64,000 nt of DNA from Armatimonadota bacterium (GTDB taxonomy: Bacteria > Armatimonadota > UBA5829 > DTLH01), in contig JBDKUN010000059.1 in assembly GCA_039679675.1 (NCBI GenBank), positions 51,105-115,104 on the forward strand, given 5' to 3'. A program made the position numbers and the translations under genes. Shown one piece after another: positions 28,926 through 39,290 of the stretch; position 1 is the stretch's first letter, and each line of letters starts with the position of its first letter. Under the pieces are notes generated by a model. The model was not told the DNA's origin, did no database searches, and saw only the letters and a program-made list of their open reading frames with translations.

Positions 28926-29100
28926 ATTTCGGGACGATGGCGTCCCGAAATAACAGCAGTTCGATGTAAAACCCCCTCATTCCGACCTCTCCCGCAAGGG
29001 GAGAAGGAGCAGTCGCCTATGCTTCGGGACCGCAGTCCGTCCCGAAGCATGACATCCACCAATCCCTTTTTCGATTCTTCGCGTAATTCGCGATTCAGAA
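28926..29100. repeat. cluster of REP-like palindromes plus repeat copy B
   Basis: ATTTCGGGAC-gatggc-GTCCCGAAAT (28926-28951). CTCCC-gcaa-GGGAG. ATGCTTCGGGAC-cgcagtcc-GTCCCGAAGCAT (29019-29050). Then TCCACCAATCCC...TTCGCGTAATTCGCGATTCAGAA (29055-29100). Confidence 0.8.
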
Positions 29101-29109
29101 GCCCAAGCT

Positions 29110-30414
29110 CTACCTTGTCGCTACGCTCAAGCCTGAGAACAGGATGTGCGGTATCCATCTTCCGCCGGACTGCCTGTGGCTTATGTTTTCGATTGTGCCG
29201 ATGTTCTTTAACCCCTCAAAAACATTGCCTGCAACCATGACATCCTTGACCCGTCCGACCAGTTCTCCGTTCTCGATCTTCAGTCCGTAGTGGACATTAC
29301 CGGAGAAATCGCCGCCTCTGGCATTTCCTGCCCATGCGCCGAGCGTCTGGTCTACCAGAAGGCCGTACTCTACACCTTTTATCATATCTTCAAGCGAAGT
29401 ATCGCCTGCCTGGATTACCATGCCATTATATCCTGGGTTCGGCAGACTGCCGAGGCCTCTCTGGCCGTTTCCTGTCGGTTTTGCGCCTGCTTTCGCGGCT
29501 GTAGCAAGGTCATAGATAAAGTTCTTCACAACACCGTTCTCTACAAGCGGCATGCGGGTCGTCGGAAGCCCCTCGTCATCGAACGGACGGGAAGCGGCCG
29601 AGTAATCGATGATACCGTCGTCGTAAATCGAGATGCGCGGGTCCATTGCCTGTTTTCCGAGCTTGTCGGAGACAGGAGTCACACCCTGCAGCACCTCTTT
29701 GCCGCTGAACGCTATGGCAAACGGCAGGCTGAGTGTCATCTCAAACCCTTTCGGCGTAAAGATAACCGGCATGGTGCGCGTGTCTATCGGAACGATATTT
29801 TTGCCGCGAGCCGCTTTCTCTTTGATCGCGTTTATAACCTCGGCGATTTCGAACTTGCTTCTGGAATCGAGACCATCCCATATCTGGAGCATATCCGTTC
29901 CCTGAATAAGCTCCAGGCTTGCTCCAATTCCAAAATAAGTGTCCTTGCTTTCGACATCAAGCCCTTTTGTGTTGACCAGCCTGTGTGTGCCATAGGCTTT
30001 TTCTACCCCTACGGCAACCTGAGCATCTGGTTCAGCCTGTCTGATGCCGTCAAGCACCGCCTGGCCTATCTCGACCAATTGCTCGACCGAGACCTTTGCG
30101 ACTTCCTCATCGTAAACTTTTACCGAAGGAAGTTCTGCAGGCTGAGATGGAAGCTCGAAATTGGCTTCCTGCCCGAACTGAGCCGTCTCGACCGCATGCT
30201 GGACCAGATCAGCTGCGCCGTCCGGCTTGGTAGTCGAGGAAAACCCTATTTTTCCGTCTTTCACTATCCTGAGTGCATAACCCTTCACTGAACGGGTGGA
30301 TGCCGATTTCAGCTTGTTGTTTTCGAACTCTACCGGGGTCTCTTCACTCACGACCTCGAATACTTCCGCATCCTGCGCAACACGCGCGGCCATCTCAAGA
30401 ATCTTGTCTATCAT
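29110..30414 (-). CDS. pmbA: TldE/PmbA-family metalloprotease partner subunit
   Basis: TldD/PmbA-fold paralogue lacking the HExxxH motif. It starts 1 nt after the tldD stop. Confidence 0.8.
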   Translation of the reverse strand: MIDKILEMAARVAQDAEVFEVVSEETPVEFENNKLKSASTRSVKGYALRIVKDGKIGFSSTTKPDGAADLVQHAVETAQFGQEANFELPSQPAELPSVKVYDEEVAKVSVEQLVEIGQAVLDGIRQAEPDAQVAVGVEKAYGTHRLVNTKGLDVESKDTYFGIGASLELIQGTDMLQIWDGLDSRSKFEIAEVINAIKEKAARGKNIVPIDTRTMPVIFTPKGFEMTLSLPFAIAFSGKEVLQGVTPVSDKLGKQAMDPRISIYDDGIIDYSAASRPFDDEGLPTTRMPLVENGVVKNFIYDLATAAKAGAKPTGNGQRGLGSLPNPGYNGMVIQAGDTSLEDMIKGVEYGLLVDQTLGAWAGNARGGDFSGNVHYGLKIENGELVGRVKDVMVAGNVFEGLKNIGTIENISHRQSGGRWIPHILFSGLSVATR

Positions 30415-30415
30415 C

Positions 30416-31783
30416 TTACTTTCCTCCCACCACGCAGTTGCGGATTCTGAAGTGCGGTCCGGCGAATCCTACGGGAAGCGGAGACTGCCCGCCTTTGCCG
30501 CATCCGCCGCCTTTCTTCGGCCATACAATGTCGTTGCCGATGGCATCGATGTTCTCTAGCGTCGTAAAGACGTTACCTGTCAGGTTTACGCCCCTCACCC
30601 GCTCGGCTATCTTGCCTTTTCGAATCATGAACGCTTCTCTTGCCGAGAAGGTAAACATTTCGCCGGAAGTCTGCCCACCGAGGCTGTCTATAACGTAAAG
30701 CCCCTCGTCCACATCCGAGAGTATATCTTCCATCGTAACATCCTTTGACGGAGCGACGTAGGTATTCGTCATCCTGACTATAGGCGGGAAGGTATAATTC
30801 AAGGCACGTGCGTTGCCTGTAGGCTCTTCGCCCATTTTTGCTGCGCTCTCGCGCGAATGGAGCCGCCCGACCAGAACACCTTCTTTTACGAGGTATGTCG
30901 GCTTTTTCAGCACGCCTTCATTGTCATACTTGATAGTTCCGCCGCTGCCTGGAATATCAGCACCGTCAAGAATATTCAGGTGCTTGCCACCGAACCGTCT
31001 GCCGAGCACCATCAGGTCTCTCATCTGCTGATTTTCAGCCATATCGTCAGCTTCAGAAAGGTGCCCGAAAGCTTCATGCGCGAATATTCCGGCAAGGCTT
31101 GGATCGACTATGACTGTATAGCTTCCACCATTGATTCTGGGGGCGGAAAGCATCTCTATCGCAGCTTCTCCCATCTTCTTCACATCGCTGTGCCGGTCTT
31201 CGAACACTCCATAGTCCTGCGTAGAGGAAACGCTCGAAGTATTCTGCTGAATGTCGTCTCCCATCCTCGCGACGGCCTGGGTTGATCCAACCACATAGAC
31301 GCGCTCACTATCAATCCAGGTTCCATCAGTGTTAGCGTAGTAAATCTTGTTCCATGTGTCGCTGTAATTGACGAAACAGGTCTGAATTTTATCGCCAAGC
31401 GAGAGTATTACCTCTGCATACTCCTCTACAAGCTTCTTTTTGTCGGATAGAGAGACTGTCCTTGGGTCTTTTATTATCGCAGGCCGGACTTCATCCACAA
31501 CAGGCTCCACCGGGGCCAACTGGGTCTTGTCTTTGCCGACGAGCTTTGCCTGCAGAACGGCAAGTTTGACCTTGTCCTTCAGATTGTCCAGTGTGTTGAA
31601 GGAAACGAACCCCCATCCTCCGTTCACAGCTGCTCTTACGTTGCCGCCGAAACCGGAAAGCCGACTTATGGAGTCCAGGTCTCGCCCACGGTATGACACC
31701 GCTGTGCGATCCGACTCTTCCACCCGGATTTCCACATAATCAGCGCCGTGATCTTTCAACGCATCATTTATTAAGTTTCTCAT
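30416..31783 (-). CDS. tldD: TldD metalloprotease
   Basis: Contains HEAFGHLSEAD (HExxxH) and a C-terminal Gly-rich GGCGKGGQ motif typical of TldD. Confidence 0.88.
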   Translation of the reverse strand: MRNLINDALKDHGADYVEIRVEESDRTAVSYRGRDLDSISRLSGFGGNVRAAVNGGWGFVSFNTLDNLKDKVKLAVLQAKLVGKDKTQLAPVEPVVDEVRPAIIKDPRTVSLSDKKKLVEEYAEVILSLGDKIQTCFVNYSDTWNKIYYANTDGTWIDSERVYVVGSTQAVARMGDDIQQNTSSVSSTQDYGVFEDRHSDVKKMGEAAIEMLSAPRINGGSYTVIVDPSLAGIFAHEAFGHLSEADDMAENQQMRDLMVLGRRFGGKHLNILDGADIPGSGGTIKYDNEGVLKKPTYLVKEGVLVGRLHSRESAAKMGEEPTGNARALNYTFPPIVRMTNTYVAPSKDVTMEDILSDVDEGLYVIDSLGGQTSGEMFTFSAREAFMIRKGKIAERVRGVNLTGNVFTTLENIDAIGNDIVWPKKGGGCGKGGQSPLPVGFAGPHFRIRNCVVGGK

Positions 31784-31829
31784 TACCTCACCTTATATTG
31801 AGATTTTGTACAACAACTGCCTAAATTCT

Positions 31830-32903
31830 TTAACGCACTACTACAATATCCTTGGCTGACTTCGTAAGCACCTCTACATCGGAATCAGTCACGGCGATAT
31901 CGTCCTCTATCCTTACACCGCCCCAGTCTTCAACGTATATTCCAGGCTCGACGGTGATTATCATACCCGGCTCAAGCACAATACTGCTCCTCTGGCTAAA
32001 TCCATCACCGTCATGCACCGTTAGCCCTATGCTGTGCCCCAACCCATGCCCGAAGTAATCGCCGTAGCCTTCAGATTTTATGTGTTCTCTGGCAACGGTA
32101 TCTATCTCGCTGCCCTTCATACCAGGCTTAATTGCAGATATTGCAGCCAATTGAGCATCTAGAACGACGTTATATACCTCTCTCTGGCGCTCGTCCGGCT
32201 CTCCCATAAAGATTGTGCGGGTCAGATCGGAACAATAACCATCTACTTGCGCACCGAAGTCCATCTTGAGCATCTGCCCTTCTTTCAAGACATCGTCGGT
32301 AGGTTGATGATGAGGACACGCAGCATTCGGGCCAGCCGCCACTATCGTATCGAACGACTGCTTCTCTGCGCCGAGCTTCCGCATATATGTGTCTATCTCA
32401 AGCGCTATCTCCCGTTCCGTCACCCCCGGTTTGACCCATGAGACGATATGCGCAAAACACTTGTCTGCGACAACTACAGCGCGCTTTATAGTATCTATCT
32501 CGCATGAGTCCTTCACCATTCTAAGCTTCTCGACCATTCCTTTTACGCCGATAAGCCTGGTGTTCTTAGACACCAGCCGCCGAATCCTCTGATGTGTGCT
32601 GTATGTGACACAGTTCGGCTCGAACCCAAGTTTTGCAGGAGCTACTTCGTTCAGAATCTCTGCCGCAGCCTCTAGTGTGCCGCCGGAATAAAGGGTCACA
32701 TCGAAATCGGGGCATTCGGCTGACGCTTGAAGAACATATCTGGAATCAACAAGGATAATCGCCTGATCATCAGTGATAATGACAGTCGCGGTGCTTCCGG
32801 TAAACCCGCTTATGTATCGGATATTGACGAGATTCGTTATTAGCATGGCGTCCACACGCCGTTTGCCCATCTCTTCTCTTATCCGCTCTAGTCGATTGCT
32901 CAT
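31830..32903 (-). CDS. M24-family Xaa-Pro aminopeptidase
   Basis: Creatinase-like N-domain plus a pita-bread core (DFGAQVDGYCSDLTRT, HGLGHSIGLTVHD, EPGIY...GGVRIED). Confidence 0.85.
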   Translation of the reverse strand: MSNRLERIREEMGKRRVDAMLITNLVNIRYISGFTGSTATVIITDDQAIILVDSRYVLQASAECPDFDVTLYSGGTLEAAAEILNEVAPAKLGFEPNCVTYSTHQRIRRLVSKNTRLIGVKGMVEKLRMVKDSCEIDTIKRAVVVADKCFAHIVSWVKPGVTEREIALEIDTYMRKLGAEKQSFDTIVAAGPNAACPHHQPTDDVLKEGQMLKMDFGAQVDGYCSDLTRTIFMGEPDERQREVYNVVLDAQLAAISAIKPGMKGSEIDTVAREHIKSEGYGDYFGHGLGHSIGLTVHDGDGFSQRSSIVLEPGMIITVEPGIYVEDWGGVRIEDDIAVTDSDVEVLTKSAKDIVVVR

Positions 32904-33060
32904 AATTTTCTCCTTACAGCTTTTCTTTTATCACGAAATGGAGAAATGAAGAAAGGTAATTGAATGCGGATGTCGATAAAAAAGCGGCGTCAAGCCGCCG
33001 CACTCCAAAGCAGTTCATCCTACTATCCCTTCAGTCTCTCCTTCGCGACTAAATCTGAAT

Positions 33061-33498
33061 CTATCCTGCCAGAATTGATTTTAAGGCGTGTAGAGCCAAG
33101 ATATAACTCTCGGAGCCGAAACCAGAAATTACCCCTTTTGCAACCGGAGCAGTCACGGAAACTTTTCGGAAGTCCTCTCTCGCGTAGATATTGGACATGT
33201 GAACCTCCACCACCGGCATGTCTACCGCTGCGAGAGCATCCCTTATTGCATAGCTGTAATGGGTATAAGCGCCGGGGTTGATAATTATGCCTCCGACTGC
33301 CGATTTAGCCGCTTGCTGGACAGCATCTATAATCTCACCTTCGCTGTTGGACTGGTAAAACTCGACATTTATCCCAAAATCACCTGCGGCAGCATATATC
33401 TTATTATTAACATCATCAATAGTCTGGCAGCCGTAAACATCCGGCTCGCGGGTTCCCAGCATATTCAGGTTTGGGCCATGGATAACAAGTATTTTCAT
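33061..33498 (-). CDS. aroQ: type II 3-dehydroquinate dehydratase
   Basis: MKILVIHGPNLNMLGTREPDVYG...QSNSEGEIID...INPGAYTHYSYAIRDA. ATGA overlap with the upstream small gene. Confidence 0.9.
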   Translation of the reverse strand: MKILVIHGPNLNMLGTREPDVYGCQTIDDVNNKIYAAAGDFGINVEFYQSNSEGEIIDAVQQAAKSAVGGIIINPGAYTHYSYAIRDALAAVDMPVVEVHMSNIYAREDFRKVSVTAPVAKGVISGFGSESYILALHALKSILAG

Positions 33499-33665
33499 TC
33501 CGTCTCCTCGACCAGCATGGCTGGAACGCCGTCTTCTACAGAATACACCCTGCCGCATTTCGCACAGAACAATTTGCCATCTGTCATCTCGACTCTGGGC
33601 CGGTCTTCGCAGGCCGGACAGCGTAGCAAATCAAGCAACCTCTGATTAATTTGCTTTTCCGGCAT
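33495..33665 (-). CDS. Trm112-family small zinc-ribbon protein
   Basis: AAGGAGG RBS. LLDLLRCPACE...L.CAKCGRVYSVEDGVPAMLVEE is the Trm112/UPF0434 pattern. 56 aa. Confidence 0.7.
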   Translation of the reverse strand: MPEKQINQRLLDLLRCPACEDRPRVEMTDGKLFCAKCGRVYSVEDGVPAMLVEETE

Positions 33666-34410
33666 CTTTGTCCTCCTTGCTCTGAGCGGTATCGATAGTA
33701 TAGGCATTAACAACACTATCAGCCGAGCCTTCCATATGGACCAACCCCTGGTCCAGCCATATGGCTCTCGACGCGACACGGCGAACGGCGGGCAGATCGT
33801 GAGAAACAAATATTATCGTCTTCCCGAGTTTCTGAAACTCCTCGATCTTGCTGTAACACTTGGACTGGAACGCCTCGTCTCCTACTGCCAGGACTTCATC
33901 CACCAGAAGAATGTCAGGGTCTACCTGCACGGCAACAGAGAACCCAAGCCGCATGACCATTCCCTTGGAGTAGGTTTTGATCGGAGCGTCGATGAACTTC
34001 TCAAGCTCGGCAAACTGAACTATCTCGTCAATCTTACCCTTCATATCGCGGGTCCTGATGCCAAGTATAGCCCCGTTCAGGTAAATATTCTCTATCCCGG
34101 TCAATTCTGGATGAAAACCTGCTCCAAGTTCGAGCAGAGCGGAGACTCTGCCGTGCACTATCACATTACCACTCGTCGGTTTGTATATACGGCCGATGAT
34201 CCCCAGCATCGTGCTTTTGCCCGAACCATTTTTGCCGATAACCGCCAGCGTTTCACCTTGCTTGACGGAGATATTTACCCCTTTCAGTGCCTGAAGCTCT
34301 TCTGGCTTTCTATTATAGAACGAGAGCACCATCGATTTGAGTGAATTTGACTGTCCGTGCCACAGCTTGAACGTCTTCCTCACATTCTGGATTTCGACTG
34401 AGTATTCCAT
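33646..34410 (-). CDS. ABC transporter ATP-binding protein, polysaccharide/teichoic-acid exporter type (Wzt/TagH-like)
   Basis: Walker A GKNGSGKST, signature YSKGMVMRL, Walker B ILLVDE. The start shares a TGATG overlap with the permease stop. Confidence 0.85.
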   Translation of the reverse strand: MEYSVEIQNVRKTFKLWHGQSNSLKSMVLSFYNRKPEELQALKGVNISVKQGETLAVIGKNGSGKSTMLGIIGRIYKPTSGNVIVHGRVSALLELGAGFHPELTGIENIYLNGAILGIRTRDMKGKIDEIVQFAELEKFIDAPIKTYSKGMVMRLGFSVAVQVDPDILLVDEVLAVGDEAFQSKCYSKIEEFQKLGKTIIFVSHDLPAVRRVASRAIWLDQGLVHMEGSADSVVNAYTIDTAQSKEDKDAGKAN

Positions 34411-35255
34411 CAAATCTGCTCCGCGAAGCTCCATTTACGAGCGTTGAAGTAAGCATAGCCGAGGATTGCTGTCAAAAGTGATACGGCTCCTGCTATCGCA
34501 AGAAACTCGTAGTTGAAAGGCAGGTCTTTTATCTCGAATGCCGTCTTCACTTGCGGCGGGACACTGTATGGCTGCAGAAGCAGCTTTCTGAACGCAATAA
34601 CGATCGTATTGAGCGGGACTAATTGATACAGCGAAAAGAAAATGCTCCGTGTCGCTGCCGGGAGCTTTGTATAGATCATCTCCGAGAGATAGATCACAGG
34701 AGTGAGATAGAACAAAATATTGAGAAGCACTGATACTATGTACTTTATGTCTTCGTAAAACACGTTCAGGCAAGAGATAAAAAACGAAAGCCCTGTTATC
34801 AGGAGAAACTCGATCAGGATCAAAACCGGCAGTAAAAGCCATGTAGCCACAATCGGAGTGCCAATAACAAGCAGGTAGATAAAAAACACGATGATCGCAA
34901 GCAAAAAGTGAACAAGGTTTGCAATCACCATTGAAAGCGGCAGCACTTCGCGAGGAAAATAGACCTTTTTAAGCAGATCATGATGCATCAGGACTGCCTG
35001 GCTCGCGTCCATCAGGGACATTTGGAAAAACATCCATGGAAGATACGCCACCAAAAGATATGCTGAGTAGTTCGGTATCTCCACCCTCATAATATACTTT
35101 ACTACGAGCGTAATTGTTGCGACCTGCACGAGCGGATTGATGAGCGACCAGAAAAACCCCAGCACTGAGTTTTTGTAGCGCACCTTGAGGTCGCGAACGA
35201 CAAGTTGCATAAGCAGATCACGATATTTATAGAGTTCCGATAATTCCTTTATCAT
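34410..35255 (-). CDS. ABC-2 type exporter permease (Wzm/TagG-like)
   Basis: N-terminal YRDLLMQLVVRDLKVRYKNSVLGFFWSL motif and six hydrophobic segments. Confidence 0.8.
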   Translation of the reverse strand: MIKELSELYKYRDLLMQLVVRDLKVRYKNSVLGFFWSLINPLVQVATITLVVKYIMRVEIPNYSAYLLVAYLPWMFFQMSLMDASQAVLMHHDLLKKVYFPREVLPLSMVIANLVHFLLAIIVFFIYLLVIGTPIVATWLLLPVLILIEFLLITGLSFFISCLNVFYEDIKYIVSVLLNILFYLTPVIYLSEMIYTKLPAATRSIFFSLYQLVPLNTIVIAFRKLLLQPYSVPPQVKTAFEIKDLPFNYEFLAIAGAVSLLTAILGYAYFNARKWSFAEQI

Positions 35256-35317
35256 TTTTGTCCGTTAGAGTATAGATCAACCCCTGCTGCGAGTCAATTT
35301 TGTAGAAGGTACTTTCT

Positions 35318-36421
35318 CTAAAAGTTAATCTTATGCCTTCTCATACCGATTCCGACCAGAATGCCGAGAGCCATCATATTTGCAAGCAGACTGCTTCCAC
35401 CATAGCTAAAAAGCGGAAGCGGAACACCTGTTACAGGCATAATTCCAAGTGTCATCCCGATATTTACGAATATATGAAACGTAAACATACACACGATTCC
35501 GGCGGCTATAAGTCTGCCTATTTCATCCTCAGTCTCCGCCATTATTGTTAAGCCCTTCCACAGCAGGAGGAAATACATCAGTATGAGCGGTGCAGCGCCG
35601 ACAAACCCCAGCTCTTCTGCTGCCACCGTGAATATGAAATCAGTGTGGTTTTCAGGAATAAATCCTAGTTGGCTCTGTGTCCCGTGAAGCCAGCCTTTGC
35701 CTGTTACCTGCCCGGAGCCGATTGCAATCCTTGATTGAACTATATGATACCCGGACCCTCTGGGGTCTGACTTCGGGTTTATAAAACTTGTGAGTCTCGC
35801 TTTCTGATAGTCCTCAAGCACTCCGACATTCAACCCGATAGCACCGATTATTACTACACCAAGTACAAATATCGCCAGATGCTTCCAGTTAGCTCCGGCG
35901 ATAAACGTCATTCCGAACCAGATAGATGTCAAAACAAGCGATGTTCCTAAATCCGGTTGTTTAAAGATGAGGAGCATCGGTACAGCGACGTGGACAAAAG
36001 ATAGCACGAAAGTCCCGAATTCGTTGATCTTGTCTTTGTGTTTAACCAGGAAAACAGCCAGCGTAATGATAATTGCAATCTTTGCAAACTCCGACGGCTG
36101 GATAACAAGGTTGCCGACTCCTATCCAGCGCTGAGAGCCTTTACGCTCGACACCCACAATGAAGACGCTTGCCAGAAGAAACAGGTTTATTCCATAAATC
36201 CAATTGGTGATGCGCGGATAGCTCTTATGGTCTATCGATGCGGCGACAGCAAACGCGATGCATCCGGCTACAGCCCACATTAGCTGCTTTCGGACCATCG
36301 TCACTTCAAGTCCACTGCCCCTGCTTGCGCTATATATGATCAAAAGACCGTATGTAATAATAGCGAGCATCAGCAGGACAAGACCGATATCAAAATTTCT
36401 AAGAAGCCTGCGTTCGACCAT
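35318..36421 (-). CDS. rodA: FtsW/RodA/SpoVE-family peptidoglycan polymerase, RodA-like
   Basis: Ten TM segments. Contains QPSEFAK and FIPENHTDFIF motifs. No adjacent PBP gene, so the RodA versus FtsW call is tentative. Confidence 0.7.
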   Translation of the reverse strand: MVERRLLRNFDIGLVLLMLAIITYGLLIIYSASRGSGLEVTMVRKQLMWAVAGCIAFAVAASIDHKSYPRITNWIYGINLFLLASVFIVGVERKGSQRWIGVGNLVIQPSEFAKIAIIITLAVFLVKHKDKINEFGTFVLSFVHVAVPMLLIFKQPDLGTSLVLTSIWFGMTFIAGANWKHLAIFVLGVVIIGAIGLNVGVLEDYQKARLTSFINPKSDPRGSGYHIVQSRIAIGSGQVTGKGWLHGTQSQLGFIPENHTDFIFTVAAEELGFVGAAPLILMYFLLLWKGLTIMAETEDEIGRLIAAGIVCMFTFHIFVNIGMTLGIMPVTGVPLPLFSYGGSSLLANMMALGILVGIGMRRHKINF

Positions 36422-36524
36422 TTTGCTACTCTTTTATTATAATGTATAAACGTGTAGACTTTACAGATAGAAACGCATATTACTCAAGATTTTTATTACT
36501 GACAGCTCTACAGGAGAACGTCTA

Positions 36525-37835
36525 TTGAAGAATACGACCATAATAACAGCTATGTTAGCGCTGTTTGCCGCAATATCGGTCTCCCCGGCAGTTGGATCGA
36601 TAAACTCGCCTGTAACATCTACAACACTTGATAACGGACTCAAAGTTCTTGTTCAGGAAGACCACTCGACAGACCTAGTTGCCGTAGATATATGGATAAA
36701 AGCCGGCAGCATCGATGAGACAGCAGCAACAAACGGTGTTTCACATTTCATTGAACACCTTCTGTTTAAAGCCACAGAAAAACGCAATCCCGGACAGGTC
36801 GATATGGAGATAGAGAGCATCGGTGCCAGTCTCGAAGCAAAGACAGGTAAAGACTGGACTCACTGTTTCACGGTTGTCGCCCGCCGATACCTGGACAAGT
36901 CTCTAGATATTATGGCCGATGTCGTTACGGGGCCCAAATTTGATCCGGGAGATATAGAACACGAGCGCCGTATTATCATGGACGAAATAGCCAGGAAGGA
37001 GAGTAACCCCACCTCCGTTCTGCAGGACCTTTTGTATTCTGCTGCGTATAAATCACATCCATATGGCATGCCTGTCGAAGGCACCAAAGATTCTGTGTCT
37101 AAGGTTACACGTGAAACTATTACAGAATTTTACAACAGACTGTACGTGCCGGAGAACATGGCAGTAGTTCTGGTCGGCGATATATCACCGGATGAAGCCC
37201 TCACAGCAGTCAAAAAAGCATTTGTTGGATTTAGGAAGAAGCCTCTCATCGAAAGCCCGATTGCGCAGGAACCGGTAAGGACTGAGCAGGTGCGGAAAAC
37301 GGTGCACTCAAACACAAAACTAGCTTATTTAGGTATCGCCTTCCCGGCACCGTCTATCAAAAACCGTCCTGATGTGTATGCAATGGACCTTCTTATGTCA
37401 TATCTAGGCCTCGGTTATCAGAGCTGGCTTTCGACAGAATTGAAAAGCAACCAGCGGCTTGTTGTAGATGCATCCAGCGATTTTTTGACGCAAAGAGATC
37501 CAGGACTCGCCATTTTGACAATTTCGTCAGAACCCGACAAGGTCACAAAAGCTGAAGAAGCTATTTTTAGCAAAATAGCTGATCTCAGGACCAATAAAAT
37601 AGAGGAAACAGACCTTGCCAGGGCAAGAAGATCACTGGAAGGTGGGTTCGCGTTCGATACCGAGACATTCGCTGGCCGGGCCTCTACCATTGGTTTCTAT
37701 GAAGCCACGGACAAATTCGATCTCGCTCAGTCTTATATCGAAAACATCCGAAAAGTCACACCGGATGATGTCCTTTTCCTGGCAAAGAAGTATCTTGACC
37801 CAAATAAAGCTGTCGTCGTGACACTCGGACCGTAA
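36525..37835 (+). CDS. M16-family zinc peptidase (catalytic subunit type)
   Basis: TTG start 7 nt after AGGAGA. Signal peptide present. HFIEH (HxxEH) zinc motif present. Confidence 0.85.
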   Translation: MKNTTIITAMLALFAAISVSPAVGSINSPVTSTTLDNGLKVLVQEDHSTDLVAVDIWIKAGSIDETAATNGVSHFIEHLLFKATEKRNPGQVDMEIESIGASLEAKTGKDWTHCFTVVARRYLDKSLDIMADVVTGPKFDPGDIEHERRIIMDEIARKESNPTSVLQDLLYSAAYKSHPYGMPVEGTKDSVSKVTRETITEFYNRLYVPENMAVVLVGDISPDEALTAVKKAFVGFRKKPLIESPIAQEPVRTEQVRKTVHSNTKLAYLGIAFPAPSIKNRPDVYAMDLLMSYLGLGYQSWLSTELKSNQRLVVDASSDFLTQRDPGLAILTISSEPDKVTKAEEAIFSKIADLRTNKIEETDLARARRSLEGGFAFDTETFAGRASTIGFYEATDKFDLAQSYIENIRKVTPDDVLFLAKKYLDPNKAVVVTLGP

Positions 37836-37858
37836 TATAAACTGGAGAATTGCTGAAT

Positions 37859-39211
37859 ATGTCTACTTACAGGAGTTTTATCCCAATACTAGCGCTTTTT
37901 ATCCTGAGCTTTGCATTTTCCGCAACTGCAGCCGATTCGCCCAAATTCACCAAAACGGTCCTGCCTAACGGATTGACGGTTATCGTAAAACCGGAAGAAA
38001 GCGCAGGAATAGTCGCAATCGAAGTTTTTATTAAGGCGGGTGCTGCCGAGGAACGGGAATCGAATGCAGGAATAGGCAATTTGATTGCGCACACTCTCCT
38101 TGCCAGCACCAGGAACAAACGTGCCGAAAAGGTTGCTGCGATTGCAGATGAAGTGGGTGGAAACCTGCAGACCGAGTGGAATCCCGACTATACCGAGATC
38201 AAGACTATAACGACAACGCCCGAATTCGATGACGCAGTTATTCTATTGGGCGATATTCTTAATAACGCCAATTTCGAGCAAAAATGGGTAGACCGCGCAA
38301 GACAGGAAATGCTTACCGAAATGGCTGCCGAAGACGATGACATTTTTGACGCTACCTGCGAGCAGATCAGGCAGCGGCTTTACAGTGACAACCCATACCA
38401 TCGTCCTGCAAGCGGCTATGTGAGGACGCTTCAAAGTCTGACACCGGACGACCTTCAAAAGTTCTATAACCAGTATTATGTTCCGAATAATATAGTGATA
38501 GCTGTGGTCGGCGATGTTAAGACAGATCATGCGGTGAAAATGTTCTCGATGGCCTTTGCGGGTATCAGTTCGAAGACTCTGCCGAAACAGCGCCCGATCC
38601 CTGAAGAATCTCTTGCAGAATCGAAGAGCGACCTGCTGGAACGGCCTATAGGTGCAGCTTATATTCTTTTCGGGTTCCTTGCCCCGTCGATCAAGTCACC
38701 GGATTACCCGGCGGCGAGAGTAGCCGCAGTTGCGCTGGGGAGCGGTAAGGGATCAAGAATGTTTCAGAACATCCGCGAGAAGCAGGGGCTTGCCTATGAG
38801 CTTGGTACAGTTTATCCGATGATGAAGGAACAGAGCCACATACTCGTCTATCTGGTGACAGACCCTTATAAGCTCACATATCCGGGACTCACAATCGAGA
38901 TGACCCTTGAAGATGTAAAAAAAGCTGTTCTGGCTGAGATTAACAAAATGCAGAACGAACCGCTTACAAATGAAGAATTGGAACGTGCAAAGCGTTATAC
39001 TATAGGCACATACGCGCTCTCTCATCAGCGGATTCGTGAGCGGGCGTTCCACCTTGGGTGGACAGAAGCAATTGGACTTGGCTGCGAGTACGATTCAGAG
39101 TATTCCTCGGATATAGAGGCCGTGACAGCCGCCGATGTACAGCGTATTGCAAAAAAGTATCTGAATAACTATGCAATGACAATCGTTCTGCCGGAAGCAA
39201 TAGAAAAGTAG
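37859..39211 (+). CDS. M16-family peptidase, non-catalytic partner type
   Basis: Signal peptide and M16 fold, but no HxxEH motif ([10 protein letters not shown] at the equivalent position). Start at ATG 37859, 9 nt after GGAGAA. Confidence 0.8.
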   Translation: MSTYRSFIPILALFILSFAFSATAADSPKFTKTVLPNGLTVIVKPEESAGIVAIEVFIKAGAAEERESNAGIGNLIAHTLLASTRNKRAEKVAAIADEVGGNLQTEWNPDYTEIKTITTTPEFDDAVILLGDILNNANFEQKWVDRARQEMLTEMAAEDDDIFDATCEQIRQRLYSDNPYHRPASGYVRTLQSLTPDDLQKFYNQYYVPNNIVIAVVGDVKTDHAVKMFSMAFAGISSKTLPKQRPIPEESLAESKSDLLERPIGAAYILFGFLAPSIKSPDYPAARVAAVALGSGKGSRMFQNIREKQGLAYELGTVYPMMKEQSHILVYLVTDPYKLTYPGLTIEMTLEDVKKAVLAEINKMQNEPLTNEELERAKRYTIGTYALSHQRIRERAFHLGWTEAIGLGCEYDSEYSSDIEAVTAADVQRIAKKYLNNYAMTIVLPEAIEK

Positions 39212-39290
39212 CCTTCTTCTATCATCCAGAGAAGGATTATTGTCATGTAAGCAAGAAAAGGTAAGAAAACACGAAACAGGTAACAGAAAT

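Noticed and set aside
29290-30291. 333-aa plus-strand ORF
   Set aside because: It lies entirely antisense to the well-supported pmbA gene. It has no RBS and a Arg/Cys/Leu-rich low-complexity translation typical of a shadow ORF opposite a coding frame.
33736-34344. 202-aa plus-strand ORF
   Set aside because: Antisense to the ABC ATPase gene, which has Walker A/B and signature motifs.
39212-39290. Leucine leader peptide or T-box upstream of leuA
   Set aside because: The spacer is only about 80 nt. It has no Leu-codon run, no specifier or T-box sequence, and only one short hairpin that looks like the terminator of the upstream peptidase gene.
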